Notes under the pieces: generated by a model
What the model saw: only the letters and a program-made list of their open reading frames with translations
Databases searched by the model: none
What the model was told of the DNA's origin: nothing
Part shown: piece by piece, positions 27,374 to 37,315 of the stretch
Numbering within the stretch: the stretch's first letter is position 1
Layout of the letters: the number at the start of each line of letters is the position of its first letter
Translations under genes and position numbers: made by a program
IMG/VR virus record: IMGVR_UViG_3300020421_000004
DNA length: 54,511 bases
DNA from: an uncultured virus (IMG/VR IMGVR_UViG_3300020421_000004)
Taxonomy: Duplodnaviria; Heunggongvirae; Uroviricota; Caudoviricetes
Direction: 5' to 3' (one strand)

Positions 27374-28209
27374 TTGCTATCACCATACATTCTTATTGTG
27401 TCGTCTTTGTGGTTTTCATACCAATTTTTGAAAAATGGTTCAGCATTTTTGAAGTTGTTGTATGAGAGGTCTATGAAGCCATTCAGACATCTTATTTGGT
27501 TTCTATCATTCCCAGACTTCCTGTCTGTTACGCAATGTAGGGTGGGTTCAAATGGGTGTTCGGAACCTCCATAGTGTAGGTCTCGCAACGCTACTTCGGG
27601 TCGAGACCTTTCTCGACCTTCCTCATACAATTTACCGAAGTCAACACACAATCTATGAGCCGTGAACTCATGTACCATTATTGTGAGTGCCTGTTCTGGG
27701 CGCATATTCAATAGTATCCCAGATTTGAAAGTGACTTCCCTATAGCCTCCCATGAACGCATATGAAGGTCTGGGTTTATCACCCATGTGTAGTGTGTTCA
27801 AAGGAAGATCCTGTAGTCTCATTTCTACAGTATTGAAATCGTCTTCTCTATTGGGTCCCCATGCCTCTTTTATTACTTTATTATCCTGCACATAAAATGA
27901 CCCTTTGTCCATGATACCTTTAACGAATGTGAAGGTTGGTTCTACCCCTGTAAAGTGATTCATGAATGCTGCCCACGCTTTTAGCAGCGGCATCATTCCA
28001 GCCATTTTTTCTCCTCTAGAATCTGGGTGAATTGATAGCAAGATGTGATGATCCATATGCTCGTTAGTATTGTACATGTTCAAGCAGTTTTTACAAAACA
28101 AGTGGTGGGTATCAGATGGCGGATCGAACGGGTCATAAACTGTATATGATGTGGAAATTTCGTGCACCTTGGTGTCTGTTCTTTTTAAACCACTCATGGC
28201 GACCACCAC
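27370..28209 (-). CDS. Putative zincin-like metallopeptidase / hypothetical
   Basis: ALTIMVHEFTAH...HPFEP; N-terminal H..HLFCKNC. Confidence 0.4.
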   Translation of the reverse strand: MVVAMSGLKRTDTKVHEISTSYTVYDPFDPPSDTHHLFCKNCLNMYNTNEHMDHHILLSIHPDSRGEKMAGMMPLLKAWAAFMNHFTGVEPTFTFVKGIMDKGSFYVQDNKVIKEAWGPNREDDFNTVEMRLQDLPLNTLHMGDKPRPSYAFMGGYREVTFKSGILLNMRPEQALTIMVHEFTAHRLCVDFGKLYEEGRERSRPEVALRDLHYGGSEHPFEPTLHCVTDRKSGNDRNQIRCLNGFIDLSYNNFKNAEPFFKNWYENHKDDTIRMYGDSK

Positions 28210-31200
28210 TCCGGTTCTTCTGAATTATCACTGACTATATCTATATACTCATCCAATGAATGTTCTACAATTTCTAATTCACCTTCTCTTGGTGTAGATT
28301 CTGATGTTACTGGTAGTGTTTCTGCTGGAGGTGTTTCTGAAGGTATTTTTTCTCTTGGTTCAAACAATGGGTGTTCTCTAGGAAGTAGTGGTCTAATGTC
28401 ATTGTGATACATATGTCTGCGTATCTCCGTGCGCATATCTTCGTCTACTTGCTGTGCGACAAACTCTGAGCGATCGTCTTCACTGATTTGTAAAACACTA
28501 CGCATGATAGCCACTGTCATTGCATACGGTTTGAGAATATAATTAGTCGTTACTAATTGTGGACTTGCTGCATCTTTTGCGAGTCTTTCCATAAACGCCA
28601 TCTTTAGTTTCTCTGGGTTTTTGTTATATTTGATACGACCCATTTGTGTTTGTGTCAATAAAACTGATGGAATTAAAAAATTGCTCATGTATCTTTTTTC
28701 TAATGCACCAATGTATTCTGCTAGTTTTTCTTCGTAGTATCTTATCTCGACGGTCTCTCCTAATTGCATAGGGTCGGTAATTAACTTGTCAACAATGTTT
28801 GTACCAAACCATGCTTCAGGGTATGGTGCTTTGATTAACTTAGACCTTGAGAGAACTTTCTCCATCTCCGCGAATAACAGGTGCATAAATTCGTGAGGTC
28901 TTGCACCTTCTAAGTCAAACAGTCCTGTTGTTCTTGTTTTGACAGACTGCCATATGGTTCTTGCAAGGTCGGCTTCTTTTACAGGGGCTCTAGTTGTTCT
29001 TGTGGTTGTGCCGTATATTGATTCGCCAGTAGCCTCGGCTGCTAGTGCATCGGGATAGCCTGGGATTTTCTTCGCACCAGATATGTTTCTAGGAATTTGT
29101 ATTTTTTCTACGTGGTAATTAAAGTTTCTTGGGATATAAGTAATTCCAGGATATGGTGAAGGGTCGTCTTTTGTTTTTGCTTTCTTAGTCTCGGAATCCC
29201 AGCCATACGGCTGATCTACTTTGAACGCTTTTGGTTGTAATGCCATTGCTTGACCTAGTAGTTGATTTTTCAAGTCTTTATTATCTGCTTGATTTGCATC
29301 ATATGCTTCTTTAACCAATGTCTTTACGTCGTCAGTTTCGGTGACTGTGGTTTTGTCCTTTGTGTTCTTTGCTGTATTGAACGCACGATATATAACAGAT
29401 TTATTGTAAACATCTGTGTAAGTCATTATTACTTCTTTCAACAAAGGTACGTCAACTTCGTAGAAAACAGTTTCCTTTGGTGCAACGGCTGTTTGTTGCA
29501 GTAAGTCGTTACCGTCCTTATCCTTCGGTACACCTGAAACGTATGTATATTGAATTTGTGACATCAAGCCTCTTGGTTCTTTTTTCTTAGAAAGTACTTT
29601 TGAGCCGTCACTTAAGGCAGTCGCCATCCAAGCAATTTCTTTTAGTAAAATATCGGATGAGTAAAAAGTGTCCATAGACTGCCTGTCGTATGATTTCTTT
29701 CTTGCTTTGGCTAGCACTGAGAGTGTGTAAAATCCTCTCCAATCTGCTAATTCATCTAACAAACCCCGATTTCCTAATTTTGCTTTACTGTCTTTATTTG
29801 GTGGTATTCCAACTACACTTCCCCTGTCAAAATGTGCTATTTTAGGGAATGAATCGTAAATATCAATTGGTTTTATTTTGCCTTTTTTGTTATTATTTCC
29901 TTTCTGTTTATTTTGATTGTTGTTTTGTGTTGAAGCATATACGTTAACTCCCCTAGAAAGAAATCGCATTTTTGCTTCGGTTTTGGCCTCTGCATTGTCA
30001 CCACCCTGTCTTGCCCATTCATTAGTGTGACACAATATCTGTATGGCAGAAAACGTATCGAGTAGAATCCTTTGATAAATAATTAACGCTGGCTCTAATA
30101 CGACTTTACCACCGCCTTTCTTCTTTTTCTTACCACCGGTGGTTGTGACGTCACCAGAATCTTTGTCGTAATCAAATTCCTCTGTAGTTGATTTAATCAA
30201 ATCGTTTTCTTCAATTTTTATGTCATCTGGCGAGTCATTCAAATCTAGTCTGTCAGAGCCACCACCAACTAAATCTACAGTACGCAAAACATATCCACCA
30301 GTCTCACTAAATCCGATTATGACATAGTTGGATGCCATTATCTCTTCTTGGTCTACTTCTAATAAATCTGCTATTGCGGTTAGTTTTGTACTTGACAGAT
30401 TGTCTGAAAACATTACTCCTTCGTCAATATTGAACTTTTGTGTGGACTTTGCAAACAATGTCGATACTATTTTGCTAATGGCTCCTTCTGTGTCATAATC
30501 GTTGTCTATGTCATATATATCTCGTAAAGTTTTAAAAATATTTTTCTCTAGTGGTAGAGGATTGGTTTTTTCGTCTGGATACGTGCCGTAGAGTTCACGA
30601 TACTCTGAATTTGTCAAAAATGATTCTATTAAGACGGCTATGGATTTTGATACACTTCCATTAAACTGATCTATGTCCGTGAATGGGTTTCCGCCGAGAA
30701 ATTTGTTAACTAAGTCTATAGCGTCTTCACCGTATAATGCCGGATACTCATTTCTGTTATCTTCTGAGTCTAAGAACTCACTCAATGCATACATTTCGTC
30801 AATCAAGCCTTTTTTAATATCATCCGAAGCGTTTCCGTAAGCATGCATTTTTACAATCTCTGTACCAATGCTTGGTAAGTTAAATTTGGTTCCTGTGCCT
30901 CTTTTTTGTAGTTCGGTGTTTAACCAGTCTACTTTTTCCGTGTCGTATTTTAATGCGCCATCATTTTCTACAGAATTATATACGCCATTGATAATGCCTT
31001 CTTCTTCTTTGTTTAGAAAACTGTTTAGATAATACTCATTCATCGGTGCGCCCAACAATATATTTGTTTCTGTATATCCTGTTGTTTTGTAAACAAACTT
31101 AGGTTTACTGTCGTCTAATACCAAACGATAATCACCGTAAACATGGTAATACAATAACTGATGAGAAGTTAAATTGGCACGATTGTGACTATTGACGTGT

Positions 31201-31319
31201 ATTTCATAGTGTTGAAGTATATGGTCAATGACGTGCTTTTTGTATCTAGTCAATACTGCGTCTTCTGTATCTTTGTCGGTAAATTCACCGAACGATTCAG
31301 AAAAAGCATATTTACTCAT
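28194..31319 (-). CDS. Large hypothetical protein (1041 aa)
   Basis: Long ORF with GGAGGT SD; low-complexity GGKKKKKGGG and N/K linkers; no family recognised. Confidence 0.75.
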   Translation of the reverse strand: MSKYAFSESFGEFTDKDTEDAVLTRYKKHVIDHILQHYEIHVNSHNRANLTSHQLLYYHVYGDYRLVLDDSKPKFVYKTTGYTETNILLGAPMNEYYLNSFLNKEEEGIINGVYNSVENDGALKYDTEKVDWLNTELQKRGTGTKFNLPSIGTEIVKMHAYGNASDDIKKGLIDEMYALSEFLDSEDNRNEYPALYGEDAIDLVNKFLGGNPFTDIDQFNGSVSKSIAVLIESFLTNSEYRELYGTYPDEKTNPLPLEKNIFKTLRDIYDIDNDYDTEGAISKIVSTLFAKSTQKFNIDEGVMFSDNLSSTKLTAIADLLEVDQEEIMASNYVIIGFSETGGYVLRTVDLVGGGSDRLDLNDSPDDIKIEENDLIKSTTEEFDYDKDSGDVTTTGGKKKKKGGGKVVLEPALIIYQRILLDTFSAIQILCHTNEWARQGGDNAEAKTEAKMRFLSRGVNVYASTQNNNQNKQKGNNNKKGKIKPIDIYDSFPKIAHFDRGSVVGIPPNKDSKAKLGNRGLLDELADWRGFYTLSVLAKARKKSYDRQSMDTFYSSDILLKEIAWMATALSDGSKVLSKKKEPRGLMSQIQYTYVSGVPKDKDGNDLLQQTAVAPKETVFYEVDVPLLKEVIMTYTDVYNKSVIYRAFNTAKNTKDKTTVTETDDVKTLVKEAYDANQADNKDLKNQLLGQAMALQPKAFKVDQPYGWDSETKKAKTKDDPSPYPGITYIPRNFNYHVEKIQIPRNISGAKKIPGYPDALAAEATGESIYGTTTRTTRAPVKEADLARTIWQSVKTRTTGLFDLEGARPHEFMHLLFAEMEKVLSRSKLIKAPYPEAWFGTNIVDKLITDPMQLGETVEIRYYEEKLAEYIGALEKRYMSNFLIPSVLLTQTQMGRIKYNKNPEKLKMAFMERLAKDAASPQLVTTNYILKPYAMTVAIMRSVLQISEDDRSEFVAQQVDEDMRTEIRRHMYHNDIRPLLPREHPLFEPREKIPSETPPAETLPVTSESTPREGELEIVEHSLDEYIDIVSDNSEEPEWWSP

Positions 31320-31328
31320 ACCTCCGCC

Positions 31329-31535
31329 TCACTTGCGGATTATTCCATATGGGTTGTTCTTAACCCCGTTTAATCCTGGTATTTTGAATCCTTTCTTACC
31401 AGCGTAATCTGCTACAATCATCACAACTGCGATGCTTCCTATCCATCTCCATGTGTTATTATTTATTGCGGTTTTCTTTGCTAGTTCTTTGTACACGGGA
31501 TTTCCGTCATCGAAGGGGTTCCATATTTCTGCCAT
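31329..31535 (-). CDS. Small membrane protein
   Basis: GGTGA SD; TM WIGSIAVVMIVA; C-terminal KNNP. Confidence 0.7.
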   Translation of the reverse strand: MAEIWNPFDDGNPVYKELAKKTAINNNTWRWIGSIAVVMIVADYAGKKGFKIPGLNGVKNNPYGIIRK

Positions 31536-31539
31536 TGTA

Positions 31540-31842
31540 TCACCAAAATTGTATCGTTTCTTTTCCTTGTTCTCGTATCTTTGCTAATTTGACTAAATTG
31601 TCATGGCTACTTTCTACCATTGTTATCGCAATTAGTCCTAATGAAAGTGCTTGTATTGATGACCACGTCTTCTCCTTGCCCTTGCCATAGGTTGCAAGTT
31701 TTTGACTCTTCCCGTAACCAAACACACCATCGCTACCAATAGTATTGGCTGCTGTGCGCAAAGAACTCATCAAAAGTAGTGTACCGGATGCCACACCAAT
31801 GTATGTCCATGTTTTCTCAGATATGCCTAATTTATAATTCAT
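31540..31842 (-). CDS. Small 2-TM membrane protein
   Basis: GAGGTGA SD; two hydrophobic segments. Confidence 0.7.
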   Translation of the reverse strand: MNYKLGISEKTWTYIGVASGTLLLMSSLRTAANTIGSDGVFGYGKSQKLATYGKGKEKTWSSIQALSLGLIAITMVESSHDNLVKLAKIREQGKETIQFW

Positions 31843-31851
31843 TTAATCACC

Positions 31852-33810
31852 TCAATCGTATATCCATGCTGTTCCTGTAGCGTCTGTTTTAATCTTCCAT
31901 GTGCCACCGGTAATGATTAGCATTGGTTTACCGTTTTCTGGCATTGTTGCGTACAACTTAGGGAAGTTGCCGTCTTTGGTTTCTTCATTGAAAACATGGG
32001 TGTACTTTTGGTCATCTCTGCCGTTATCTTTACCAGATATGTAACCAATTTGCCAACATCCACCTTCACCAACTTGATACCATACGTCACCTAAGTCAAG
32101 TTTCTTTTTCTCGATCTTTGCTGGTTCTTTACCATTCATGTGCTTGTAAAGTTTTTTAGCCTTCTCTACTTTACTTGGATGTGCTGGATTTGTTTTGACT
32201 GCTCCTGTATAATGTATGAGCATTAACTTAATACTTGACTTGGGGGTTTCTCTTACTAGTGCAATAGTCGGATATTGTATAGTCGCTGGCAATTCTTTTT
32301 TATCGAATCTCAACTTTTCTTTGCCGTCCCACAAGTAGAAGCCATCTTTGTCTTGACAGATTTGAGAAACAGTATATCCTACACTTTCAAATGATTCGGT
32401 ATCGTATTGGCCTTGCGCTTCATACATCTTGCTCTTGAAGTGCGTGTCGTATTTGTGAAATGTTCTCCATCCATTCATTAAGTAACCATCGACGACAAGC
32501 GACTTTCCTGATACTTTCGTTTTCATCGAAGGTTCAGACATGGCGTGGATAAACAACGGATTGTCTCCTTCTGACATTGTGTCGTTGTATGTTATTACCT
32601 TAGATGGGTCTTTTACTTGTTTGAATGTAACTTTCACGTTTTTTGTTCCGACACCTTTGAAAGAAATCTTGTCGCTACTTATTTTTGCTGGCGTTTTGGC
32701 ATCCATTAATTTAGCGAATTTCGTGTCATTAATTGAACCCGTGTCTAGTAAAGCACCAAAGGTATTGGCTAAATTGTTTGCTGGGTTTGCTTTTGTTTTA
32801 CCATAGAACTTTTCCACAAGTGTCATAGTAACTGCATATCTTTGCTTCCTATCTGGGAAGTCGGTTTTCATCTTCTTAGTTTCCATCATTCTATTGACGT
32901 AAGTTTTCTTTGGTTCTTTGCGATACTTACCGTTTGAAAGTTTCTTTTTCTTTGGTTTTGGTAGTGGATTTGGTAGTGGGTTTGGTCCCATTGGGTTCAT
33001 GTTTTCTCCAACGGTTCTTTCCACACCAAATATTTCGTTATCGTCGTCATCTGGGTCAATCAACACATTTGTTGCTTCGGTTATGTCATCTGTTCCGGTG
33101 ACATTTTGACCACCGTACTTGTTGTCATGTGCTTCTGGATTGTGCTTAACATGATCTGAAAGTGACGCATACAGACCTGGGATTCCTAACTTAGCAATTT
33201 CTTCTAGATTGCTTTTGTTGTCATCAAAGACCATTTCTACTTTGTAATTACCAAGTAGTTCTCTAACTTTATTTCCTTTGAAGGCAGGAACTTGTGTTTT
33301 ATCTGCTGGTTTAGAAAACACTAATGAGTTACCATCCACATCTCTAAACAATGGAAAGCCGTTACTTTCCAGTTGTTGAATTGTTTGTTCTTGGTACTTT
33401 TCTGGTCTTGCAGTAAGATAAATTATGGTGTAGCCATCGTTTTTCAAATCACTAACTAACTGGGTTGCACCCGGAATCACAACATCTTTTGCTAACTCTT
33501 TATTGGAATAAAGAAACTTATTTCTTTTGTTGAATGCTTGTCTTTTACTCATCATTCCTTTTACTTTGGGCTTTCCTGCTTTGTCAACAAGTCCTGCCCT
33601 TCTTGCATCTGTGAATCTTTGTGAGTTGTCAAATAATGTCATGTCTAGGTCAAACACGACTGCCTTTGGCCTGTCTTGTGTTAGTTTTGCATACAGTGGG
33701 TTTTGACGTGCAGGCATGGGTAATTTACTATTACACATTTTACAATTCATATGTGAAGGATTGTTTCTAATACCACAATCGCTACAATAGACTGCGCTAG
33801 CCATACTCAT
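31852..33810 (-). CDS. NP-delimited polyprotein: Zn ribbon, HAD phosphatase (PNKP 3'-phosphatase-like), small viral domains
   Basis: CSDC..CKMC; HAD motifs VFDLDMT, YLTARP, K, VFDD; DFPDRKQRYAV mini-domain; nine NP dipeptides counted. Confidence 0.75.
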   Translation of the reverse strand: MSMASAVYCSDCGIRNNPSHMNCKMCNSKLPMPARQNPLYAKLTQDRPKAVVFDLDMTLFDNSQRFTDARRAGLVDKAGKPKVKGMMSKRQAFNKRNKFLYSNKELAKDVVIPGATQLVSDLKNDGYTIIYLTARPEKYQEQTIQQLESNGFPLFRDVDGNSLVFSKPADKTQVPAFKGNKVRELLGNYKVEMVFDDNKSNLEEIAKLGIPGLYASLSDHVKHNPEAHDNKYGGQNVTGTDDITEATNVLIDPDDDDNEIFGVERTVGENMNPMGPNPLPNPLPKPKKKKLSNGKYRKEPKKTYVNRMMETKKMKTDFPDRKQRYAVTMTLVEKFYGKTKANPANNLANTFGALLDTGSINDTKFAKLMDAKTPAKISSDKISFKGVGTKNVKVTFKQVKDPSKVITYNDTMSEGDNPLFIHAMSEPSMKTKVSGKSLVVDGYLMNGWRTFHKYDTHFKSKMYEAQGQYDTESFESVGYTVSQICQDKDGFYLWDGKEKLRFDKKELPATIQYPTIALVRETPKSSIKLMLIHYTGAVKTNPAHPSKVEKAKKLYKHMNGKEPAKIEKKKLDLGDVWYQVGEGGCWQIGYISGKDNGRDDQKYTHVFNEETKDGNFPKLYATMPENGKPMLIITGGTWKIKTDATGTAWIYD

Positions 33811-33832
33811 CGGACAGGGTCGCTACTTATAC
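33811..33832 (-). promoter_or_regulatory. Promoter GTATAAG-N5-ACCCTGTCCG directly before ATG
   Basis: The 10-mer ACCCTGTCCG is also present before the protease gene (46360..46369). Confidence 0.55.
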
Positions 33833-33843
33833 AGGTAGTGTTC

Positions 33844-35187
33844 CTAGTAAGCATTCCTTAATGCTCTGGCCAATGCTCTATTTGCTAGTTGTATGTTGCT
33901 TCGGGCTGTTTGCCTGGACTTGATTTCTTTCGGCTCTTGGTACGCCCAAGTTGGTCCACCAGCATTCCTAGCCTCTACGTTTATCTTAATATAAGCGGTA
34001 GAAAGCCGATCATTTGTATCTTCGAGGTCTGCGGTGAATTTTGCTAACAATTTACTCATAGACGACGACATTCTCTGCGCCCTTTCTCTTATGAAATCTT
34101 TTCCGGGAGCCTCTTCTGCATATAAAGCGGCTGAATCTTTTAACTGATCCAATAGGACACCGGCTGGTTTCCTTGGTGCATCTATTGCTTTACCAAACAG
34201 GCCACTAGTCATTTCGGCGGTTTTTGTATCACGTGCCGTACTTGCAACTCGACCAACCAAGTCTTTACCTCCTCTGAGTAAGTCGGCACCTCTGGAACCA
34301 CTTACATATGACTGCGCTTTCTTCAACATTTCTATGTCGTTGTAAACTTCTATGAAATTGCTATCGGTTGCTGCATTTATTTGCGTTATAGTTGACTCTA
34401 TTTCTCTCGCCTGTGCTTCCAGTGCATAGACTTCGTGAACATAATCAAGATACGCTATTGAAATTTCGAAGTACAAGGGGTCGACAGCGGAATAATTTTT
34501 AGTCAATTGGCCCGTAACTGTTCTAGGCGATCCTGTTCCTTTTCTTTTTTCTATAAAATCTATTTCGCCAAATTTTCTCATAAATGTCATTGCTTGTTTA
34601 TTTCTTGCTCTGATTTTTTTTACTTTCGCGACGAATTTTTCCTGTTGCTTAAGCAAACGTTGTATGCTTTGAGGTCTAGTGTTTTGGCTAAACAAATCTT
34701 CTTTGTCTGCTAATTTTATTTGTAATTTGAGGATGTCCGCTGTTGCGGTAAAATTATATGCAATTTCGCTAAACATCATTGACTGTTTGGTCAATTCGTA
34801 AACATGCTCGGCATACACTTCGTGTTGTTCCGCGAACTGCGCTTTTATCTCTTCGTCACTACCATGTATGTCTACTATCTTAATCGGACCCATTGTTGCA
34901 AAATCAGAAAATGTGTCCCAAACAGTATTTGCTTCGGTCTGTATACTCTTGGCACCGTTAAGCATTTTCTCTATTGCTTTCTCGGTTTGTTTGTCTACTA
35001 CTCCGACCATACCATCTAGACTGGCTGGTTGCATGTCTAACCTGAGGACATCGTTTTTGATTTCCCTGAGATCAGCGTCTAGGTACATAGGTTGACCCAA
35101 TGCACCTTCCTGTAAATCTACCGTGCCTAACCAATCTTGTAACTCTTGAACCTGTTTCAACTTTAACATTATATCACCTGACTTCAC
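33844..35187 (-). CDS. Helical/coiled-coil hypothetical protein
   Basis: Likely start ATG 35169 behind AGGTGA SD; heptad-rich. Confidence 0.7.
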   Translation of the reverse strand: MKSGDIMLKLKQVQELQDWLGTVDLQEGALGQPMYLDADLREIKNDVLRLDMQPASLDGMVGVVDKQTEKAIEKMLNGAKSIQTEANTVWDTFSDFATMGPIKIVDIHGSDEEIKAQFAEQHEVYAEHVYELTKQSMMFSEIAYNFTATADILKLQIKLADKEDLFSQNTRPQSIQRLLKQQEKFVAKVKKIRARNKQAMTFMRKFGEIDFIEKRKGTGSPRTVTGQLTKNYSAVDPLYFEISIAYLDYVHEVYALEAQAREIESTITQINAATDSNFIEVYNDIEMLKKAQSYVSGSRGADLLRGGKDLVGRVASTARDTKTAEMTSGLFGKAIDAPRKPAGVLLDQLKDSAALYAEEAPGKDFIRERAQRMSSSMSKLLAKFTADLEDTNDRLSTAYIKINVEARNAGGPTWAYQEPKEIKSRQTARSNIQLANRALARALRNAY

Positions 35188-37315
35188 CAGTTGCCGCAGT
35201 AATTCTTTCGATAGCCCAGTAAGGCAATCCTTTTATTTTTTGTAACTGCATTATTTCATTTCTTAAGTCTTCTGTAGTTTTATCTTTTTGATCATCAGGT
35301 GCCGCCATTATTTCTTCTTTTGCTGCGTCAACTATTAGATCTATCATTGCTTCAAACTTTATTCGGTTACGAAGTTGCTGATCGTCATTACCACCCTCAT
35401 CTTTATATCCTTCTAATATTTTTAACAATTGTCGGTTCTCTGCATCTCCAGCAGAAGGTGTCACTTCTCCAGTTGAACCTTTCGTAGTTTTTCTCATGTA
35501 CGTTACTACAGTATCTAGCATATACAATGCAAAGGCTCTATCGTTCTCACTCATAGTATAGTTATACTTACTTCTAGTAGTTTCTTCTATCTCCATAAAT
35601 ACACTTAGCATATGTATAGTCTTTTTAGGTACTTCAGTTGATACAGTTGACATTCTTTGTTCAGCAAGTATCTGTCCTATTTCATCTGCTGCTACTTTAA
35701 TTTCCCTTGCATTCCATTGAGTTTGTTTATCTTCTTTACCCTTGTATCGGAATCTTGCAGAGGTTTCTCTCCATTGTTTGTATAGGGCTTTATTACTTGG
35801 TTTATTGGTGTCCTTTAACATTTCTTGCTTTGTCTTAGGATCGATATCATCCGAAGTTAATACCTTATGCTTATTTTCTAGTGTCTTATATTCGGCGGGT
35901 AAGTCGCCTTCACCTTGAATCGACATTGGCATAAATGCAGCCGATACGTCTAGTGATGCACCGTCTAGTAGTTGGTGAATGTGATTTCTCAATGTGTCCA
36001 TCAATGCCAACACAACTGGTTTTGGCCAGTATGGAGGTGCAGTAGGTCTGAAACCTGCTATGTCTTTTTGATACGAAACTAAAGATGCTGAATCTATTGA
36101 CTGAGTATACTTGACAATATCCATGTCTCTAGTTTTCCTATCAAAGATCGTTTGTAATGCTTTCATTGTTTCTTCTGGTGTAGTACCGTCTTTCATTATA
36201 TCAGACTGGCTTTTTACCATTTGCCACATCAATTCGTTTTCTGGTTGGAAACTTTCTTTAAACGTGTCCCAAATACTTCGTCTTTTTGAGAACGACCTAC
36301 TGTTCTGTGCATCTTTGGTGTTTTGTGGATACTTCTCAACTATTTTTGCAATATGCTTTATTAGTTTTTCATTCATAACTGCTAGCCCTAAACTACTACG
36401 CAAAAACAATGGATGGGCAATCAAACCGTAATCCATTCCATCGTAGAACTCTTCGGCTCTAGTTGGAACCATAGAAATTAATTTCTGCCATTTGGGGCCG
36501 TCTTTTGATTTCTCTAGTTGTTTATTGGTCACTTCAATGTAATCTTGATGTTGCATGGCTTTCAATAATCCAGCATTAGACATTGAAACCACTAAGAACG
36601 GTGTTAATACATCGTCAACAAATTCTCTCATATTATCTCGGTTATCTAAATCATACATGTTTACAATTCTTGATTTTTCTATAATGTAAGATGCTGCCCT
36701 GTTGTCTGTCGGATCGAACTTGCCTAGTTCGGATGGTATTCCGAATTGCTCAGAAATAAACCCTCTAGTTGCTTCTTGTGGAGAAACAACACCTCTAAAT
36801 CTATCATTAATACTTGTAGCAAAGAATGGTCTACCTGGGTTCTTTTTTACTGCCATTGCGTTAGCATATGTTTGTAGTAGTGCGGCGATTTTAGGGTCTG
36901 TGCCTAATTCTTTGTTTTCTGTTGTGTAAAGAAGTTTAGTAACTGTATTCAATGCGCTAAACATTCCATTTTGCGCAGCCAATCTTTCAACCATCGAAGG
37001 GTCTAGGTCTTTTGCTAATAGTTTAGTAACTTTGTTGCCTAGTCTCTTATTTGACTTGTAAGAAGGGTATCCCCAGTTTTCTTGGGGTACTGGGTAAGGA
37101 TTACTTCTTGCACCAGTGAGTACTAACACTTCGTCGTATGTTCTGCTTGTTAAATCACTAAGTGTAAGTGGTGTACCGTCGACTGACTGTATTTTATAGT
37201 CAGATGTTGAACTGTGTGGGTTTGACTTTGCTACGCTTGACTTTACCCACTGGTGGGCCTTAAGTAGCGAACCACCTGCTAAATTTCTTGGTACCTTTAC
37301 TCTCATTCGAATCAC
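35174..37315 (-). CDS. Hypothetical protein with N-terminal NP motifs (713 aa)
   Basis: KSNP, RSNP, KKNP within the first about 160 aa; likely start 37306. Confidence 0.7.
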   Translation of the reverse strand: MIRMRVKVPRNLAGGSLLKAHQWVKSSVAKSNPHSSTSDYKIQSVDGTPLTLSDLTSRTYDEVLVLTGARSNPYPVPQENWGYPSYKSNKRLGNKVTKLLAKDLDPSMVERLAAQNGMFSALNTVTKLLYTTENKELGTDPKIAALLQTYANAMAVKKNPGRPFFATSINDRFRGVVSPQEATRGFISEQFGIPSELGKFDPTDNRAASYIIEKSRIVNMYDLDNRDNMREFVDDVLTPFLVVSMSNAGLLKAMQHQDYIEVTNKQLEKSKDGPKWQKLISMVPTRAEEFYDGMDYGLIAHPLFLRSSLGLAVMNEKLIKHIAKIVEKYPQNTKDAQNSRSFSKRRSIWDTFKESFQPENELMWQMVKSQSDIMKDGTTPEETMKALQTIFDRKTRDMDIVKYTQSIDSASLVSYQKDIAGFRPTAPPYWPKPVVLALMDTLRNHIHQLLDGASLDVSAAFMPMSIQGEGDLPAEYKTLENKHKVLTSDDIDPKTKQEMLKDTNKPSNKALYKQWRETSARFRYKGKEDKQTQWNAREIKVAADEIGQILAEQRMSTVSTEVPKKTIHMLSVFMEIEETTRSKYNYTMSENDRAFALYMLDTVVTYMRKTTKGSTGEVTPSAGDAENRQLLKILEGYKDEGGNDDQQLRNRIKFEAMIDLIVDAAKEEIMAAPDDQKDKTTEDLRNEIMQLQKIKGLPYWAIERITAATGEVR

